Origin: Squalus acanthias
Taxonomy: Eukaryota
DNA length: 64,000 nucleotides
Direction: 5' to 3'
Assembly (NCBI GenBank): GCA_030390025.1
Contig: CM059431.1
Span: 98,396,001-98,460,000 of the forward strand
The position numbers were made by a program, and so were the translations under genes. Of the stretch, positions 62,372-64,000 are shown piece by piece. Numbering within the stretch: position 1 is the first letter of the stretch; the number at the start of each line of letters is the position of its first letter. Under the pieces are notes generated by a model. It ran no database searches and was not told the origin of the DNA. It worked only from the letters and a program-made list of their open reading frames with translations.

Positions 62372-63593
62372 AAAGAAACTTTCACAACCTCAGAACATCT
62401 CAAAGCGCTTCACAGCCAATGAAGTATTTTTGAGGTGTAGTCACTGTTGTAATGTAGGAAACGCGGCAGCCAATTTGCGCACAGCAAGCTCCCACAAACA
62501 GCAATGGGATAATGACCAGATCATCTGTTTCAGTGATGTTGATTGAGGGATAAATATTGGCCCCAGGACACCTCCCCTACTCTTCTTCGAAATAGTGCCA
62601 TGGGATCTTTTAGGACCACCTGAAAGGGCAGATGGTTTAACGTCGCATCTGAAAGACAGCACCTCTGACAGTGCAGCACTCCCTCAGTACTGCCCCCCCG
62701 ACAGTGCGGCGCTCCCTCAGTAGCGCCCCTCCGACAGTGCAGCGCTCCCTCAGTACTGCCCTTCCGACAGTGCAGTGCTCCCTCAGTACTGCCCCTCCGA
62801 CAGTGCAGTGCTCCCTCAGTACTGCCCCTCCGACAGTGCAGCGCTCCCTCAGTACTGCCCCTCCGACAGTGCAGGGCTCCCTCAGTACTGCCCCTCCGAC
62901 AGTGCAGGGCTCCCTCAGTACTGCCCCTCCGACAGTGCAGCACTCCCTCAGTACTGCCCCTCCGACAGTGCGGCGCTCCCTCAGTACTGCCCCCTCCAAC
63001 GGTGCAGCACTCCCTCAGTACTGCCCCTCCGACAGTGCAGCACTCCCTCAGTACTGCCCCTCCGACAGTGCAGCACTCCCTCAGTACTGCCCCTCCGACA
63101 GTGCAGCGCTCCCTCAGTACTGCCCCTCCCACAGTGTGGCGCTCCCTCAGTACTGCCCCTCCGACAGTGCGGCGCTCCCTCACTACTGCCCCTCCGACAG
63201 TGCGGCGCTCCCTCAGTACTGCCCCTCCGACAGTGCAGCGCTCCCTCAGTACTGCCCCTCCGACAGTGCAGCGCTCCCTCAGTACTGCCCCTCCGACAGT
63301 GCAGGGCTCCCTCAGCACTGCCCCTCCGACAGTGCAGCGCTCCCTCAGTACTAACCCTCCGACAGTGCAGCGCTCCCTCAGTACTGCCCCTCCGACAGTG
63401 CAGCACTCCCTCAGTACTGCCCCTCCGACAGTGCAGCGCTCCCTCAGTACTGCCCCTCCGACAGTGCAGCACTCCCTCAGCACTGCACTGGAGTGTCAGC
63501 CTGGATTTTTGTGCTGAAGTCTCTGGAGTGGGACTTGAACCCACAACCCTCTGACTCGGAGGCGAGGGTGCTGCCCACTGAGCCACGGCTGAC
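62372..63593 (-). mobile_element. Near full-length Deu-domain tRNA-SINE with expanded internal 33-bp array (62667-63487)
   Basis: A-box TGGCTCAGTGG and B-box GGTTCAAGTCC in the head, about 25 repeat units, then Deu domain and L2-like tail. Confidence 0.85.
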
Positions 63594-63861
63594 AGAGGTG
63601 AAAGCAACAAAAAGAGTGAGAAAAGGAAGCAGAAAAAAATAGAGTTGGAACAAAACAGAGACACAGCTAAAGAACGGATAAGAAAAAGGAATAATATAAT
63701 AAAGACAGAGAAATGGGATTGAGAGTGAATAGGTCGCATTGGATCGGCAGTGATGGGCTGTACTTTCTACGATTTTATAAGTGACAAATTTTTTCTTTTT
63801 CCCTGTGCAAAAAACCCAACAATTCAATGTTTCAATATATAATATTCTTTTTATAATGCAG

Positions 63862-64000
63862 GATTCGCGGGGCCCCCAGGAGCAAAGGGTGACCCTGGCT
63901 ACCCAGGCCTGGACATTCCAGGTCCGCAGGGAGAGCAGGGTCGACAGGGATCCAAAGGTCACCCTGGACCCCCAGGTTACCCAGGCCCAATTGGGCAACC
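63862..64000 (+). CDS. COL4A5: COL4A5 exon 32 (partial; runs off the window)
   Basis: [17 protein letters not shown] resembles alpha5 KGDPGPPGLDVPGPPGE; cag acceptor. Confidence 0.92.

Noticed and set aside
63520..63593. Possible tRNA gene
   Set aside because: A and B boxes are present, but the sequence is the head of a SINE and continues into the SINE body.
5540..64000. Assignment as COL4A1 or COL4A3
   Set aside because: Interruption sequences (KCDCSG, GNMG, CFxC, GDIxTxPG, GLDIPG) fit alpha5 better as recalled. Not fully excluded without the NC1 domain.

Overview
Eukaryotic genomic DNA, almost certainly from a cartilaginous fish judging by its repeat families. The window lies inside one large plus-strand type IV collagen gene, best identified as COL4A5. 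I traced 31 GT-AG exons (5540-64000; about 843 codons in one open Gly-X-Y frame) from the 7S domain into the interrupted triple helix. Exon 1 and the NC1 domain lie outside the window. The introns hold many CR1 and L2 LINE fragments, Deu-domain tRNA-SINEs, Penelope-like elements with minimal hammerhead-ribozyme motifs, a solo LTR, a Harbinger transposon end with an apparently intact spliced Myb/SANT gene plus related MITEs, and about 18 kb of minisatellite arrays, several visibly seeded from SINE or LINE sequence. Nearly all long ORFs in the supplied track are tandem-repeat artefacts. Exon coordinates were read base by base. Repeat boundaries and copy numbers are approximate. Human exon sizes and protein comparisons are recalled from memory, not from a search.
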